Part shown: in pieces, positions 12,435 to 28,100 of the stretch | Position numbering within the stretch: the stretch's first letter is position 1 | Layout: every line of letters starts with the position of its first letter | DNA from: the human T2T-CHM13v2.0 reference genome, Homo sapiens | Reading direction: 5' to 3' (one strand) | Length of the DNA stretch: 64,000 nucleotides | Assembly (NCBI RefSeq): GCF_009914755.1 | Contig: NC_060932.1 | The notes under the pieces: generated by a model | What the model was told of the DNA's origin: nothing | Databases searched by the model: none | What the model saw: only the letters and a program-made list of their open reading frames with translations | Program-made: the position numbers and the translations under genes

Positions 12435-14302
12435 CCTATGCTGAAAAAGGAAATATCTACCTATAGAAACTAGACAGAAGCATTCTGAGAATCACGTTTG
12501 TGATGTGGGTACTCAACTAACAGTGTTGATCCATTCTTTTGATACAGCAGTTTTGAACCACACTTTTTGTAGAATCTGCAAGTGGATATTTGGATAGCTG
12601 TGAGGATTTCGTTGGAAACGGGAATGTCTTCATAGAAAATTTAGACAGAAGCATTCTCAGAACCTTGATTGTGATGTGTGTTCTCCACTAACAGAGTTGA
12701 ACCTTTCTTTTGACAGAACTGTTCTGAAACATTCTTTTTGTAGAATCTGGAAGTGGATATTTGGAAAGCTTTGAGGATTTCGTTGGAAACGGGAATATCT
12801 TCAAATAAAATCTAGCCAGAAGCATTCTAAGAAACATCTTAGGGATGTTTACATTCAAGTCACAGAGTTGAACATTCCCTTTCACAGAGCAGGTTTGAAA
12901 CAATCTTCTCGTACTATCTGGCAGTGGACATTTTGAGCTCCTTGGGGCCTATGCTGAAAAAGGAAATATCTTCCGACAAAAACTAGACAGAAGCATTCGC
13001 AGAATCACGTTTGTGATGTGTGCACTCAACTGTCAGAATTGAACCTTGGTTTGGACAGAGCACTTTTGAAACACTCTTTTTGTAGAATCTGCAGGTGGAT
13101 ATTTGGCTAGCTTTGAGGATTTCGTTGGAAACGGTAATGTCTTCAAAGAAAATCTAGACAGAAGCATTCTCAGAAACACCTTCGTGATGTTTGCAATCAA
13201 GTCACAGAGTTGAACCTTCCGTTTCATAGAGCAGGTTGGAAACACTCTTTTTGTAGTATCTGGAAGTGGACATTTGGAGCGCTTTCAGGCCTATGGTGAA
13301 AAAGGAAATATCTTCCCATAAAAACGACATAGAAGCTATCTCAGGAACTTGTTTATGATGCATCTAATCAACTAACAGTGTTGAACCTTTGTACTGACAG
13401 AGCAGTTTGAAACACTCTTTTTTTGGAATCTGCAAGTGGATATTTGGATCGCTTTGAGGATTTCGTTGGAAACGGGATGCAATATAAAACGTACACAGCA
13501 GCATACTCAGAAAATACTTTGCCATATTTCCATTCAAGTCACAGAGTGGAACATTCCCATTCATAGAGCAGGTTTGAAACACTCTTTTTGGAGTATCTGG
13601 AAGTGGACATTTGGAGCGCTTTCTGAACTATGGTGAAAAAGGAAATATCTTCCAATGAAAACAAGACAGAAGCATTCTGAGAAACTTATTTGTGATGTGT
13701 GTCCTCAACAAACGGACTTGAACCTTTCGTTTCATGCAGTACTTCTGGAACACTCTTTTTGAAGATTCTGCATGCGGATATTTGGATAGCTTTGAGGATT
13801 TCGTTGGAAACGGGCTTACATGTAAAAATTAGACAGCAGCATTCTCAGAAACTTCTTTGTGGTGTCTGCATTCAAGTCACAGAATTGAACATCCCCTCAC
13901 ATAGAGCAGTTGTGCAGCACTCTATTTGTAGTATCTGGAAGTGGACATTTGGAGGGCTTTGTAGCCTATCTGGAAAAAGGAAATATCTTCCCATGAATGC
14001 GAGATAGAAGTAATCTCAGAAACATGTTTATGCTGTATCTACTCAACTAACTGTGCTGAACATTTCTATTGATAGAGCAGTTTTGAGACACTCTTCTTTT
14101 GGAATCTGCAAGTGGATATTTGGATAGATTTGAGGATTTCGTTGGAAACGGGATTATATATAAAAAGTAGACAGCAGCATTCTCAGAAACTTCTTTGTGA
14201 TGTTTGCATCCAGCTCTCAGAGTTGAACATTCCCTTTCATAGAGTAGGTTTGAAACCCTCTTTTTATAGTGTCTGGAAGCGGGCATTTGGAGCGCTTTCA
14301 GG
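12435..14302 (+). repeat. 11-mer HOR unit, U11
   Basis: 1868-bp spacing; extra four-monomer segment present. Confidence 0.95.
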
Positions 14303-15495
14303 CCTATGCTGAAAAAGGAAATATCTACCTATAGAAACTAGACAGAAGCATTCTGAGAATCACGTTTGTGATGTGGGTACTCAACTAACAGTGTTGATCC
14401 ATTCTTTTGATACAGCAGTTTTGAACCACACTTTTTGTAGAATCTGCAAGTGGATATTTGGATAGCTGTGAGGATTTCGTTGGAAACGGGAATGTCTTCA
14501 TAGAAAATTTAGACGGAAGCATTCTCAGAACCTTGATTGTGATGTGTGTTCTCCACTAACAGAGTTGAACCTTTCTTTTGACAGAACTGTTCTGAAACAT
14601 TCTTTTTATAGAATCTGGAAGTGGATATTTGGAAAGCTTTGAGGATTTCGTTGGAAACGGGAATATCTTCAAATCAAATCTAGCCAGAAGCATTCTAAGA
14701 AACATCTTAGGGATGTTTACATTCAAGTCACAGAGTTGAACATTCCCTTTCACAGAGCAGGTTTGAAACAATCTTCTCGTACTATCTGGCAGTGGACATT
14801 TTGAGCTCCTTGGGGCCTATGCTGAAAAAGGAAATATCTTCTGACAAAAACTAGACAGAAGCATTCGCAGAATCACGTTTGTGATGTGTGCACTCAACTG
14901 TCAGAATTGAACCTTGGTTTGGACAGAGCACTTTTGAAACACTCTTTTTGTAGAATCTGCAGGTGGATATTTGGCTAGCTTTGAGGATTTCGTTGGAAAC
15001 GGTAATGTCTTCAAAGAAAATCTAGACAGAAGCATTCTCAGAAACACCTTCGTGATGTTTGCAATCAAGTCACAGAGTTGAACCTTCCGTTTCATAGAGC
15101 AGGTTGGAAACACTCTTTTTGTAGTATCTGGAAGTGGACATTTGGAGGGCTTTGTAGCCTATCTGGAAAAAGGAAATATCTTCCCATGAATGCGAGATAG
15201 AAGTAATCTCAGAAACATGTTTATGCTGTATCTACTCAACTAACTGTGCTGAACATTTCTATTGATAGAGCAGTTTTGAGACACTCTTCTTTTGGAATCT
15301 GCAAGTGGATATTTGGATAGATTTGAGGATTTCGTTGGAAACGGGATTATATATAAAAAGTAGACAGCAGCATTCTCAGAAACTTCTTTGTGATGTTTGC
15401 ATCCAGCTCTCAGAGTTGAACATTCCCTTTCATAGAGTAGGTTTGAAACCCTCTTTTTATAGTGTCTGGAAGCGGGCATTTGGAGCGCTTTCAGG
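14303..15495 (+). repeat. 7-mer HOR unit, U12
   Basis: 1193-bp spacing. Confidence 0.95.
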
Positions 15496-17363
15496 CCTAT
15501 GCTGAAAAAGGAAATATCTACCTATAGAAACTAGACAGAAGCATTCTGAGAATCACGTTTGTGATGTGGGTACTCAACTAACAGTGTTGATCCATTCTTT
15601 TGATACAGCAGTTTTGAACCACACTTTTTGTAGAATCTGCAAGTGGATATTTGGATAGCTGTGAAGATTTCGTTGGAAACGGGAATGTCTTCATAGAAAA
15701 TTTAGACAGAAGCATTCTCAGAACCTTGATTGTGATGTGTGTTCTCCACTAACAGAGTTGAACCTTTCTTTTGACAGAACTGTTCTGAAACATTCTTTTT
15801 ATAGAATCTGGAAGTGGATATTTGGAAAGCTTTGAGGATTTCGTTGGAAACGGGAATATCTTCAAATCAAATCTAGCCAGAAGCATTCTAAGAAACAACT
15901 TAGGGATGTTTACATTCAAGTCACAGAGTTGAACATTCCCTTTCACAGAGCAGGTTTGAAACAATCTTCTCGTACTATCTGGAAGTGGACATTTTGAGCT
16001 CCTTGGGGCCTATGCTGAAAAAGGAAATATCTTCCGACAAAAACTAGACAGAAGCATTCGCAGAATCACGTTTGTGATGTGTGCACTCAACTCTCAGAAT
16101 TGAACCTTGGTTTGGACAGAGCACTTTTGAAACACTCTTTTTGTAGAATCTGCAGGTGGATATTTGGCTAGCTTTGAGGATTTCGTTGGAAACGGTAATG
16201 TCTTCAAAGAAAATCTAGACAGAAGCATTCTCAGAAACACCTTCGTGATGTTTGCAATCAAGTCACAGAGTTGAACCTTCCGTTTCATAGAGCAGGTTGG
16301 AAACACTCTTTTTGTAGTATCTGGAAGTGGACATTTGGAGTGCTTTCAGGCCTATGGTGAAAAAGGAAATATCTTCCCATAAAAACGACATAGAAGCTAT
16401 CTCAGGAACTTGTTTATGATGCATCTAATCAACTAACAGTGTTGAACCTTTGTACTGACAGAGCAGTTTGAAACACTCTTTTTTTGGAATCTGCAAGTGG
16501 ATATTTGGATCGCTTTGAGGATTTCGTTGGAAACGGGATGCAATATAAAACGTACACAGCAGCATACTCAGAAAATACTTTGCCATATTTCCATTCAAGT
16601 CACAGAGTGGAACATTCCCATTCATAGAGCAGGTTTGAAACACTCTTTTTGGAGTATCTGGAAGTGGACATTTGGAGCGCTTTCTGAACTATGGTGAAAA
16701 AGGAAATATCTTCCAATGAAAACAAGACAGAAGCATTCTGAGAAACTTATTTGTGATGTGTGTCCTCAACAAACGGACTTGAACCTTTCGTTTCATGCAG
16801 TACTTCTGGAACACTCTTTTTGAAGATTCTGCATGCGGATATTTGGATAGCTTTGAGGATTTTGTTGGAAACGGGCTTACATGTAAAAATTAGACAGCAG
16901 CATTCTCAGAAACTTCTTTGTGGTGTCTGCATTCAAGTCACAGAATTGAACATCCCCTCACATAGAGCAGTTGTGCAGCACTCTATTTGTAGTATCTGGA
17001 AGTGGACATTTGGAGGGCTTTGTAGCCTATCTGGAAAAAGGAAATATCTTCCCATGAATGCGAGATAGAAGTAATCTCAGAAAGATGTTTATGCTGTATC
17101 TACTCAACTAACTGTGCTGAACATTTCTATTGATAGAGCAGTTTTGAGACACTCTTCTTTTGGAATCTGCAAGTGGATATTTGGATAGATTTGAGGATTT
17201 CGTTGGAAACGGGATTATATATAAAAAGTAGACAGCAGCATTCTCAGAAACTTCTTTGTGATGTTTGCATCCAGCTCTCAGAGTTGAACATTCCCTTTCA
17301 TAGAGTAGGTTTGAAACCCTCTTTTTATAGTGTCTGGAAGCGGGCATTTGGAGCGCTTTCAGG
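15496..17363 (+). repeat. 11-mer HOR unit, U13
   Basis: 1868-bp spacing; shares rare variants with U1. Confidence 0.95.
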
Positions 17364-20300
17364 CCTATGCTGAAAAAGGAAATATCTACCTATAGAAACT
17401 AGACAGAAGCATTCTGAGAATCACGTTTGTGATGTGGGTACTCAACTAACAGTGTTGATCCATTCTTTTGATACAGCAGTTTTGAACCACACTTTTTGTA
17501 GAATCTGGAAGTGGATATTTGGAAAGCTTTGAGGATTTCGTTGGAAACGGGAATGTCTTCATAGAAAATTTAGACGGAAGCATTCTCAGAACCTTGATTG
17601 TGATGTGTGTTCTCCACTAACAGAGTTGAACCTTTCTTTTGACAGAACTGTTCTGAAAGATTCTTTTTATAGAATCTGGAAGTGGATATTTGGAAAGCTT
17701 TGAGGATTTCGTTGGAAACGGGAATATCTTCAAATCAAATCTAGCCAGAAGCATTCTAAGAAACATCTTAGGGATGTTTACATTCAAGTCACAGAGTTGA
17801 ACATTCCCTTTCACAGAGCAGGTTTGAAACAATCTTCTCGTACTATCTGGCAGTGGACATTTTGAGCTCCTTGGGGCCTATGCTGAAAAAGGAAATATCT
17901 TCCGACAAAAACTAGACAGAAGCATTCGCAGAATCACGTTTGTGATGTGTGCACTCAACTGTCAGAATTGAACCTTGGTTTGGACAGAGCACTTTTGAAA
18001 CACTCTTTTTGTAGAATCTGCAGGTGGATATTTGGCTAGCTTTGAGGATTTCGTTGGAAACGGTAATGTCTTCAAAGAAAATCTAGACAGAAGCATTCTC
18101 AGAAACACCTTCGTGATGTTTGCAATCAAGTCACAGAGTTGAACCTTCCGTTTCATAGAGCAGGTTGGAAACACTCTTTTTGTAGTATCTGGAAGTGGAC
18201 ATTTGGAGGGCTTTGTAGCCTATCTGGAAAAAGGAAATATCTTCCCATGAATGCGAGATAGAAGTAATCTCAGAAACATGTTTATGCTGTATCTACTCAA
18301 CTAACTGTGCTGAACATTTCTATTGATAGAGCAGTTTTGAGACACTCTTCTTTTGGAATCTGCAAGTGGATATTTGGATAGATTTGAGGATTTCGTTGGA
18401 AACGGGATTATATATCAAAAGTAGACAGCAGCATTCTCAGAAACTTCTTTGTGATGTTTGCATCCAGCTCTCAGAGTTGAACATTCCCTTTCATAGAGTA
18501 GGTTTGAAACCTTCTTTTTATAGTGTCTGGAAGCGGGCATTTGGAGCGCTTTCAGGCCTATGCTGAAAAAGGAAATATCTACCTATAGAAACTAGACAGA
18601 AGCATTCTGAGAATCACGTTTGTGATGTGGGTACTCAACTAACAGTGTTGATCCATTCTTTTGATACAGCAGTTTTGAACCACACTTTTTGTAGAATCTG
18701 CAAGTGGATATTTGGATAGCTGTGAAGATTTCGTTGGAAACGGGAATGTCTTCATAGAAAATTTAGACAGAAGCATTCTCAGAACCTTGATTGTGATGTG
18801 TGTTCTCCACTAACAGAGTTGAACCTTTCTTTTGACAGAACTGTTCTGAAACATTCTTTTTATAGAATCTGGAAGTGGATATTTGGAAAGCTTTGAGGAT
18901 TTCGTTGGAAACGGGAATATCTTCAAATCAAATCTAGCCAGAAGCATTCTAAGAAACAACTTAGGGATGTTTACATTCAAGTCACAGAGTTGAACATTCC
19001 CTTTCACAGAGCAGGTTTGAAACAATCTTCTCGTACTATCTGGAAGTGGACATTTTGAGCTCCTTGGGGCCTATGCTGAAAAAGGAAATATCTTCCGACA
19101 AAAACTAGACAGAAGCATTCGCAGAATCACGTTTGTGATGTGTGCACTCAACTCTCAGAATTGAACCTTGGTTTGGACAGAGCACTTTTGAAACACTCTT
19201 TTTGTAGAATCTGCAGGTGGATATTTGGCTAGCTTTGAGGATTTCGTTGGAAACGGTAATGTCTTCAAAGAAAATCTAGACAGAAGCATTCTCAGAAACA
19301 CCTTCGTGATGTTTGCAATCAAGTCACAGAGTTGAACCTTCCGTTTCATAGAGCAGGTTGGAAACACTCTTTTTGTAGTATCTGGAAGTGGACATTTGGA
19401 GGGCTTTGTAGCCTATCTGGAAAAAGGAAATATGTTCCCATGAATGCGAGATAGAAGTAATCTCAGAAACATGTTTATGCTGTATCTACTCAACTAACTG
19501 TGCTGAACATTTCTATTGATAGAGCAGTTTTGAGACACTCTTCTTTTGGAATCTGCAAGTGGATATTTGGATAGATTTGAGGATTTCGTTGGAAACGGGA
19601 TTATATGTAAAAAGTAGACAGCAGCATTCTCAGAAACTTCTTTGTGATGTTTGCATCCAGCTCTCAGAGTTGAACATTCCCTTTCATAGAGTAGGTTTGA
19701 AACCCTCTTTTTATAGTGTCTGGAAGCGGGCATTTGGAGCGCTTTCAGGCCTATGCTGAAAAAGGAAATATCTACCTATAGAAACTAGACAGAAGCATTC
19801 TGAGAATCACGTTTGTGATGTGGGTACTCAACTAACAGTGTTGATCCATTCTTTTGATACAGAAGTTTTGAACCACACTTTTTGTAGAATCTGCAAGTGG
19901 ATATTTGGATAGCTGTGAGGATTTCGTTGGAAACGGGAATGTCTTCATAGAAAATTTAGACAGAAGCATTCTCAGAACCTTCATTGTGATGTGTGTTCTC
20001 CACTAACAGAGTTGAACCTTTCTTTTGACAGAACTGTTCTGAAACATTCTTTTTATAGAATCTGGAAGTGGATATTTGGAAAGCTTTGAGGATTTCGTTG
20101 GAAACGGGAATATCTTCAAATCAAATCTAGCCAGAAGCATTCTAAGAAACATCTTAGGGATGTTTACATTCAAGTCACAGAGTTGAACATTCCCTTTCAC
20201 AGAGCAGGTTTGAAACAATCTTCTCGTACTATCTGGCAGTGGACATTTTGAGCTCCTTGGGGCCTATGCTGAAAAAGGAAATATCTTCCGACAAAAACTA

Positions 20301-23300
20301 GACAGAAGCATTCGCAGAATCACGTTTGTGATGTGTGCACTCAACTGTCAGAATTGAACCTTGGTTTGGACAGAGCACTTTTGAAACACTCTTTTTGTAG
20401 AATCTGCAGGTGGATATTTGGCTAGCTTTGAGGATTTCGTTGCAAACGGTAATGTCTTCAAAGAAAATCTAGACAGAAGCATTCTCAGAAACACCTTCGT
20501 GATGTTTGCAATCAAGTCACAGAGTTGAACCTTCCGTTTCATAGAGCAGGTTGGAAACACTCTTTTTGTAGTATCTGGAAGTGGACATTTGGAGGGCTTT
20601 GTAGCCTATCTGGAAAAAGGAAATATCTTCCCATGAATGCGAGATAGAAGTAATCTCAGAAAGATGTTTATGCTGTATCTACTCAACTAACTGTGCTGAA
20701 CATTTCTATTGATAGAGCAGTTTTGAGACACTCTTCTTTTGGAATCTGCAAGTGGATATTTGGATAGATTTGAGGATTTCGTTGGAAACGGGATTATATA
20801 TAAAAAGTAGACAGCAGCATTCTCAGAAACTTCTTTGTGATGTTTGCATCCAGCTCTCAGAGTTGAACATTCCCTTTCATAGAGTAGGTTTGAAACCCTC
20901 TTTTTATAGTGTCTGGAAGCGGGCATTTGGAGCGCTTTCAGGCCTATGCTGAAAAAGGAAATATCTACCTATAGAAACTAGACAGAAGCATTCTGAGAAT
21001 CACGTTTGTGATGTGGGTACTCAACTAACAGTGTTGATCCATTCTTTTGATACAGCAGTTTTGAACCACACTTTTTGTAGAATCTGCAAGTGGATATTTG
21101 GATAGCTGTGAGGATTTCGTTGGAAACGGGAATGTCTTCATAGAAAATTTAGACGGAAGCATTCTCAGAACCTTGATTGTGATGTGTGTTCTCCACTAAC
21201 AGAGTTGAACCTTTCTTTTGACAGAACTGTTCTGAAACATTCTTTTTATAGAATCTGGAAGTGGATATTTGGAAAGCTTTGAGGATTTCGTTGGAAACGG
21301 GAATATCTTCAAATCAAATCTAGCCAGAAGCATTCTAAGAAACATCTTAGGGATGTTTACATTCAAGTCACAGAGTTGAACATTCCCTTTCACAGAGCAG
21401 GTTTGAAACAATCTTCTCGTACTATCTGGCAGTGGACATTTTGAGCTCCTTGGGGCCTATGCTGAAAAAGGAAATATCTTCCGACAAAAACTAGACAGAA
21501 GCATTCGCAGAATCACGTTTGTGATGTGTGCACTCAACTGTCAGAATTGAACCTTGGTTTGGACAGAGCACTTTTGAAACACTCTTTTTGTAGAATCTGC
21601 AGGTGGATATTTGGCTAGCTTTGAGGATTTCGTTGGAAACGGTAATGTCTTCAAAGAAAATCTAGACAGAAGCATTCTCAGAAACACCTTCGTGATGTTT
21701 GCAATCAAGTCACAGAGTTGAACCTTCCGTTTCATAGAGCAGGTTGGAAACACTCTTTTTGTAGTATCTGGAAGTGGACATTTGGAGGGCTTTGTAGCCT
21801 ATCTGGAAAAAGGAAATATCTTCCCATGAATGCGAGATAGAAGTAATCTCAGAAAGATGTTTATGCTGTATCTACTCAACTAACTGTGCTGAACATTTCT
21901 ATTGATAGAGCAGTTTTGAGACACTCTTCTTTTGGAATCTGCAAGTGGATATTTGGATAGATTTGAGGATTTCGTTGGAAACGGGATTATATATAAAAAG
22001 TAGACAGCAGCATTCTCAGAAACTTCTTTGTGATGTTTGCATCCAGCTCTCAGAGTTGAACATTCCCTTTCATAGAGTAGGTTTGAAACCCTCTTTTTAT
22101 AGTGTCTGGAAGCGGGCATTTGGAGCGCTTTCAGGCCTATGCTGAAAAAGGAAATATCTACCTATAGAAACTAGACAGAAGCATTCTGAGAATCACGTTT
22201 GTGATGTGGGTACTCAACTAACAGTGTTGATCCATTCTTTTGATACAGCAGTTTTGAACCACACTTTTTGTAGAATCTGCAAGTGGATATTTGGATAGCT
22301 GTGAGGATTTCGTTGGAAACGGGAATGTCTTCATAGAAAATTTAGACGGAAGCATTCTCAGAACCTTGATTGTGATGTGTGTTCTCCACTAACAGAGTTG
22401 AACCTTTCTTTTGACAGAACTGTTCTGAAACATTCTTTTTATAGAATCTGGAAGTGGATATTTGGAAAGCTTTGAGGATTTCGTTGGAAACGGGAATATC
22501 TTCAAATCAAATCTAGCCAGAAGCATTCTAAGAAACATCTTAGGGATGTTTACATTCAAGTCACAGAGTTGAACATTCCCTTTCACAGAGCAGGTTTGAA
22601 ACAATCTTCTCGTACTATCTGGCAGTGGACATTTTGAGCTCCTTGGGGCCTATGCTGAAAAAGGAAATATCTTCCGACAAAAACTAGACAGAAGCATTCG
22701 CAGAATCACGTTTGTGATGTGTGCACTCAACTGTCAGAATTGAACCTTGGTTTGGACAGAGCACTTTTGAAACACTCTTTTTGTAGAATCTGCAGGTGGA
22801 TATTTGGCTAGCTTTGAGGATTTCGTTGGAAACGGTAATGTCTTCAAAGAAAATCTAGACAGAAGCATTCTCAGAAACACCTTCGTGATGTTTGCAATCA
22901 AGTCACAGAGTTGAACCTTCCGTTTCATAGAGCAGGTTGGAAACACTCTTTTTGTAGTATCTGGAAGTGGACATTTGGAGGGCTTTGTAGCCTATCTGGA
23001 AAAAGGAAATATCTTCCCATGAATGCGAGATAGAAGTAATCTCAGAAACATGTTTATGCTGTATCTACTCAACTAACTGTGCTGAACATTTCTATTGATA
23101 GAGCAGTTTTGAGACACTCTTCTTTTGGAATCTGCAAGTGGATATTTGGATAGATTTGAGGATTTCGTTGGAAACGGGATTATATATAAAAAGTAGACAG
23201 CAGCATTCTCAGAAACTTCTTTGTGATGTTTGCATCCAGCTCTCAGAGTTGAACATTCCCTTTCATAGAGTAGGTTTGAAACCCTCTTTTTATAGTGTCT

Positions 23301-26300
23301 GGAAGCGGGCATTTGGAGCGCTTTCAGGCCTATGCTGAAAAAGGAAATATCTACCTATAGAAACTAGACAGAAGCATTCTGAGAATCACGTTTGTGATGT
23401 GGGTACTCAACTAACAGTGCTGATCCATTCTTTTGATACAGCAGTTTTGAACCACACTTTTTGTAGAATCTGCAAGTGGATATTTGGATAGCTGTGAGGA
23501 TTTCGTTGGAAACGGGAATGTCTTCATAGAAAATTTAGACAGAAGCATTCTCAGAACCTTGATTGTGATGTGTGTTCTCCACTAACAGAGTTGAACCTTT
23601 CTTTTGACAGAACTGTTCTGAAACATTCTTTTTATAGAATCTGGAAGTGGATATTTGGAAAGCTTTGAGGATTTCGTTGGAAACGGGAATATCTTCAAAT
23701 CAAATCTAGCCAGAAGCATTCTAAGAAGCATCTTAGGGATGTTTACATTCAAGTCACAGAGTTGAACATTCCCTTTCACAGAGCAGGTTTGAAACAATCT
23801 TCTCGTACTATCTGGCAGTGGACATTTTGAGCTCCTTGGGGCCTATGCTGAAAAAGGAAATATCTTCCGACAAAAACTAGACAGAAGCATTCGCAGAATC
23901 ACGTTTGTGATGTGTGCACTCAACTGTCAGAATTGAACCTTGGTTTGGACAGAGCACTTTTGAAACACTCTTTTTGTAGAATCTGCAGGTGGATATTTGG
24001 CTAGCTTTGAGGATTTCGTTGGAAACGGTAATGTCTTCAAAGAAAATCTAGACAGAAGCATTCTCAGAAACACCTTCGTGATGTTTGCAATCAAGTCACA
24101 GAGTTGAACCTTCTGTTTCATAGAGCAGGTTGGAAACACTCTTTTTGTAGTATCTGGAAGTGGACATTTGGAGGGCTTTGTAGCCTATCTGGAAAAAGGA
24201 AATATCTTCCCATGAATGCGAGATAGAAGTAATCTCAGAAACATGTTTATGCTGTATCTACTCAACTAACTGTGCTGAACATTTCTATTGATAGAGCAGT
24301 TTTGAGACACTCTTCTTTTGGAATCTGCAAGTGGATATTTGGATAGATTTGAGGATTTCGTTGGAAACGGGATTATATATAAAAAGTAGACAGCAGCATT
24401 CTCAGAAACTTCTTTGTGATGTTTGCATCCAGCTCTCAGAGTTGAACATTCCCTTTCATAGAGTAGGTTTGAAACCCTCTTTTTATAGTGTCTGGAAGCG
24501 GGCATTTGGAGCGCTTTCAGGCCTATGCTGAAAAAGGAAATATCTACCTATAGAAACTAGACAGAAGCATTCTGAGAATCACGTTTGTGATGTGGGTACT
24601 CAACTAACAGTGTTGATCCATTCTTTTGATACAGCAGTTTTGAACCACACTTTTTGTAGAATCTGCAAGTGGATATTTGGATAGCTGTGAGGATTTCGTT
24701 GGAAACGGGAATGTCTTCATAGAAAATTTAGACGGAAGCATTCTCAGAACCTTGATTGTGATGTGTGTTCTCCACTAACAGAGTTGAACCTTTCTTTTGA
24801 CAGAACTGTTCTGAAACATTCTTTTTATAGAATCTGGAAGTGGATATTTGGAAAGCTTTGAGGATTTCGTTGGAAACGGGAATATCTTCAAATCAAATCT
24901 AGCCAGAAGCATTCTAAGAAACATCTTAGGGATGTTTACATTCAAGTCACAGAGTTGAACATTCCCTTTCACAGAGCAGGTTTGAAACAATCTTCTCGTA
25001 CTATCTGGCAGTGGACATTTTGAGCTCCTTGGGGCCTATGCTGAAAAAGGAAATATCTTCCGACAAAAACTAGACAGAAGCATTCGCAGAATCACGTTTG
25101 TGATGTGTGCACTCAACTGTCAGAATTGAACCTTGGTTTGGACAGAGCACTTTTGAAACACTCTTTTTGTAGAATCTGCAGGTGGATATTTGGCTAGCTT
25201 TGAGGATTTCGTTGGAAACGGTAATGTCTTCAAAGAAAATCTAGACAGAAGCATTCTCAGAAACACCTTCGTGATGTTTGCAATCAAGTCACAGAGTTGA
25301 ACCTTCCGTTTCATACAGCAGGTTGGAAACACTCTTTTTGTAGTATCTGGAAGTGGACATTTGGAGGGCTTTGTAGCCTATCTGGAAAAAGGAAATATCT
25401 TCCCATGAATGCGAGATAGAAGTAATCTCAGAAACATGTTTATGCTGTATCTACTCAACTAACTGTGCTGAACATTTCTATTGATAGAGCAGTTTTGAGA
25501 CACTCTTCTTTTGGAATCTGCAAGTGGATATTTGGATAGATTTGAGGATTTCGTTGGAAACGGGATTATATATAAAAAGTAGACAGCAGCATTCTCAGAA
25601 ACTTCTTTGTGATGTTTGCATCCAGCTCTCAGAGTTGAACATTCCCTTTCATAGAGTAGGTTTGAAACCCTCTTTTTATAGTGTCTGGAAGCGGGCATTT
25701 GGAGCGCTTTCAGGCCTATGCTGAAAAAGGAAATATCTACCTATAGAAACTAGACAGAAGCATTCTGAGAATCACGTTTGTGATGTGGGTACTCAACTAA
25801 CAGTGTTGATCCATTCTTTTGATACAGCAGTTTTGAACCACACTTTTTGTAGAATCTGCAAGTGGATATTTGGATAGCTGTGAGGATTTCGTTGGAAACG
25901 GGAATGTCTTCATAGAAAATTTAGACAGAAGCATTCTCAGAACCTTGATTGTGATGTGTGTTCTCCACTAACAGAGTTGAACCTTTCTTTTGACAGAACT
26001 GTTCTGAAACATTCTTTTTATAGAATCTGGAAGCGGATATTTGGAAAGCTTTGAGGATTTCGTTGGAAACGGGAATATCTTCAAATCAAATCTAGCCAGA
26101 AGCATTCTAAGAAACATCTTAGGGATGTTTACATTCAAGTCACAGAGTTGAACATTCCCTTTCACAGAGCAGGTTTGAAACAATCTTCTCGTACTATCTG
26201 GCAGTGGACATTTTGAGCTCCTTGGGGCCTATGCTGAAAAAGGAAATATCTTCCGACAAAAACTAGACAGAAGCATTCGCAGAATCACGTTTGTGATGTG

Positions 26301-28100
26301 TGCACTCAACTGTCAGAATTGAACCTTGGTTTGGACAGAGCACTTTTGAAACACTCTTTTTGTAGAATCTGCAGGTGGATATTTGGCTAGCTTTGAGGAT
26401 TTCGTTGGAAACGGTAATGTCTTCAAAGAAAATCTACACAGAAGCATTCTCAGAAACACCTTCGTGATGTTTGCAATCAAGTCACAGAGTTGAACCTTCC
26501 GTTTCATAGAGCAGGTTGGAAACACTCTTTTTGTAGTATCTGGAAGTGGACATTTGGAGGGCTTTGTAGCCTATCTGGAAAAAGGAAATATCTTCCCATG
26601 AATGCGAGATAGAAGTAATCTCAGAAACATGTTTATGCTGTATCTACTCAACTAACTGTGCTGAACATTTCTATTGATAGAGCAGTTTTGAGACACTCTT
26701 CTTTTGGAATCTGCAAGTGGATATTTGGATAGATTTGAGGATTTCGTTGGAAACGGGATTATATATAAAAAGTAGACAGCAGCATTCTCAGAAACTTCTT
26801 TGTGATGTTTGCATCCAGCTCTCAGAGTTGAACATTCCCTTTCATAGAGTAGGTTTGAAACCCTCTTTTTATAGTGTCTGGAAGCGGGCATTTGGAGCGC
26901 TTTCAGGCCTATGCTGAAAAAGGAAATATCTACCTATAGAAACTAGACAGAAGCATTCTGAGAATCACGTTTGTGATGTGGGTACTCAACTAACAGTGTT
27001 GATCCATTCTTTTGATACAGAAGTTTTGAACCACACTTTTTGTAGAATCTGCAAGTGGATATTTGGATAGCTGTGAGGATTTCGTTGGAAACGGGAATGT
27101 CTTCATAGAAAATTTAGACAGAAGCATTCTCAGAACCTTGATTGTGATGTGTGTTCTCCACTAACAGAGTTGAACCTTTCTTTTGACAGAACTGTTCTGA
27201 AACATTCTTTTTATAGAATCTGGAAGTGGATATTTGGAAAGCTTTGAGGATTTCGTTGGAAACGGGAATATCTTCAAATCAAATCTAGCCAGAAGCATTC
27301 TAAGAAACATCTTAGGGATGTTTACATTCAAGTCACAGAGTTGAACATTCCCTTTCACAGAGCAGGTTTGAAACAATCTTCTCGTACTATCTGGCAGTGG
27401 ACATTTTGAGCTCCTTGGGGCCTATGCTGAAAAAGGAAATATCTTCCGACAAAAACTAGACAGAAGCATTCGCAGAATCACGTTTGTGATGTGTGCACTC
27501 AACTGTCAGAATTGAACCTTGGTTTGGACAGAGCACTTTTGAAACACTCTTTTTGTAGAATCTGCAGGTGGATATTTGGCTAGCTTTGAGGATTTCGTTG
27601 GAAACGGTAATGTCTTCAAAGAAAATCTAGACAGAAGCATTCTCAGAAACACCTTCGTGATGTTTGCAATCAAGTCACAGAGTTGAACCTTCCGTTTCAT
27701 AGAGCAGGTTGGAAACACTCTTTTTGTAGTATCTGGAAGTGGACATTTGGAGGGCTTTGTAGCCTATCTGGAAAAAGGAAATATCTTCCCATGAATGCGA
27801 GATAGAAGTAATCTCAGAAACATGTTTATGCTGTATCTACTCAACTAACTGTGCTGAACATTTCTATTGATAGAGCAGTTTTGAGACACTCTTCTTTTGG
27901 AATCTGCAAGTGGATATTTGGATAGATTTGAGGATTTCGTTGGAAACGGGATTATATATCAAAAGTAGACAGCAGCATTCTCAGAAACTTCTTTGTGATG
28001 TTTGCATCCAGCTCTCAGAGTTGAACATTCCCTTTCATAGAGTAGGTTTGAAACCCTCTTTTTATAGTGTCTGGAAGCGGGCATTTGGAGCGCTTTCAGG
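17364..28100 (+). repeat. Run of nine 7-mer HORs, U14-U22
   Basis: Marker ORF ends at 17832 ... 27376, spaced 1193 bp. Confidence 0.95.
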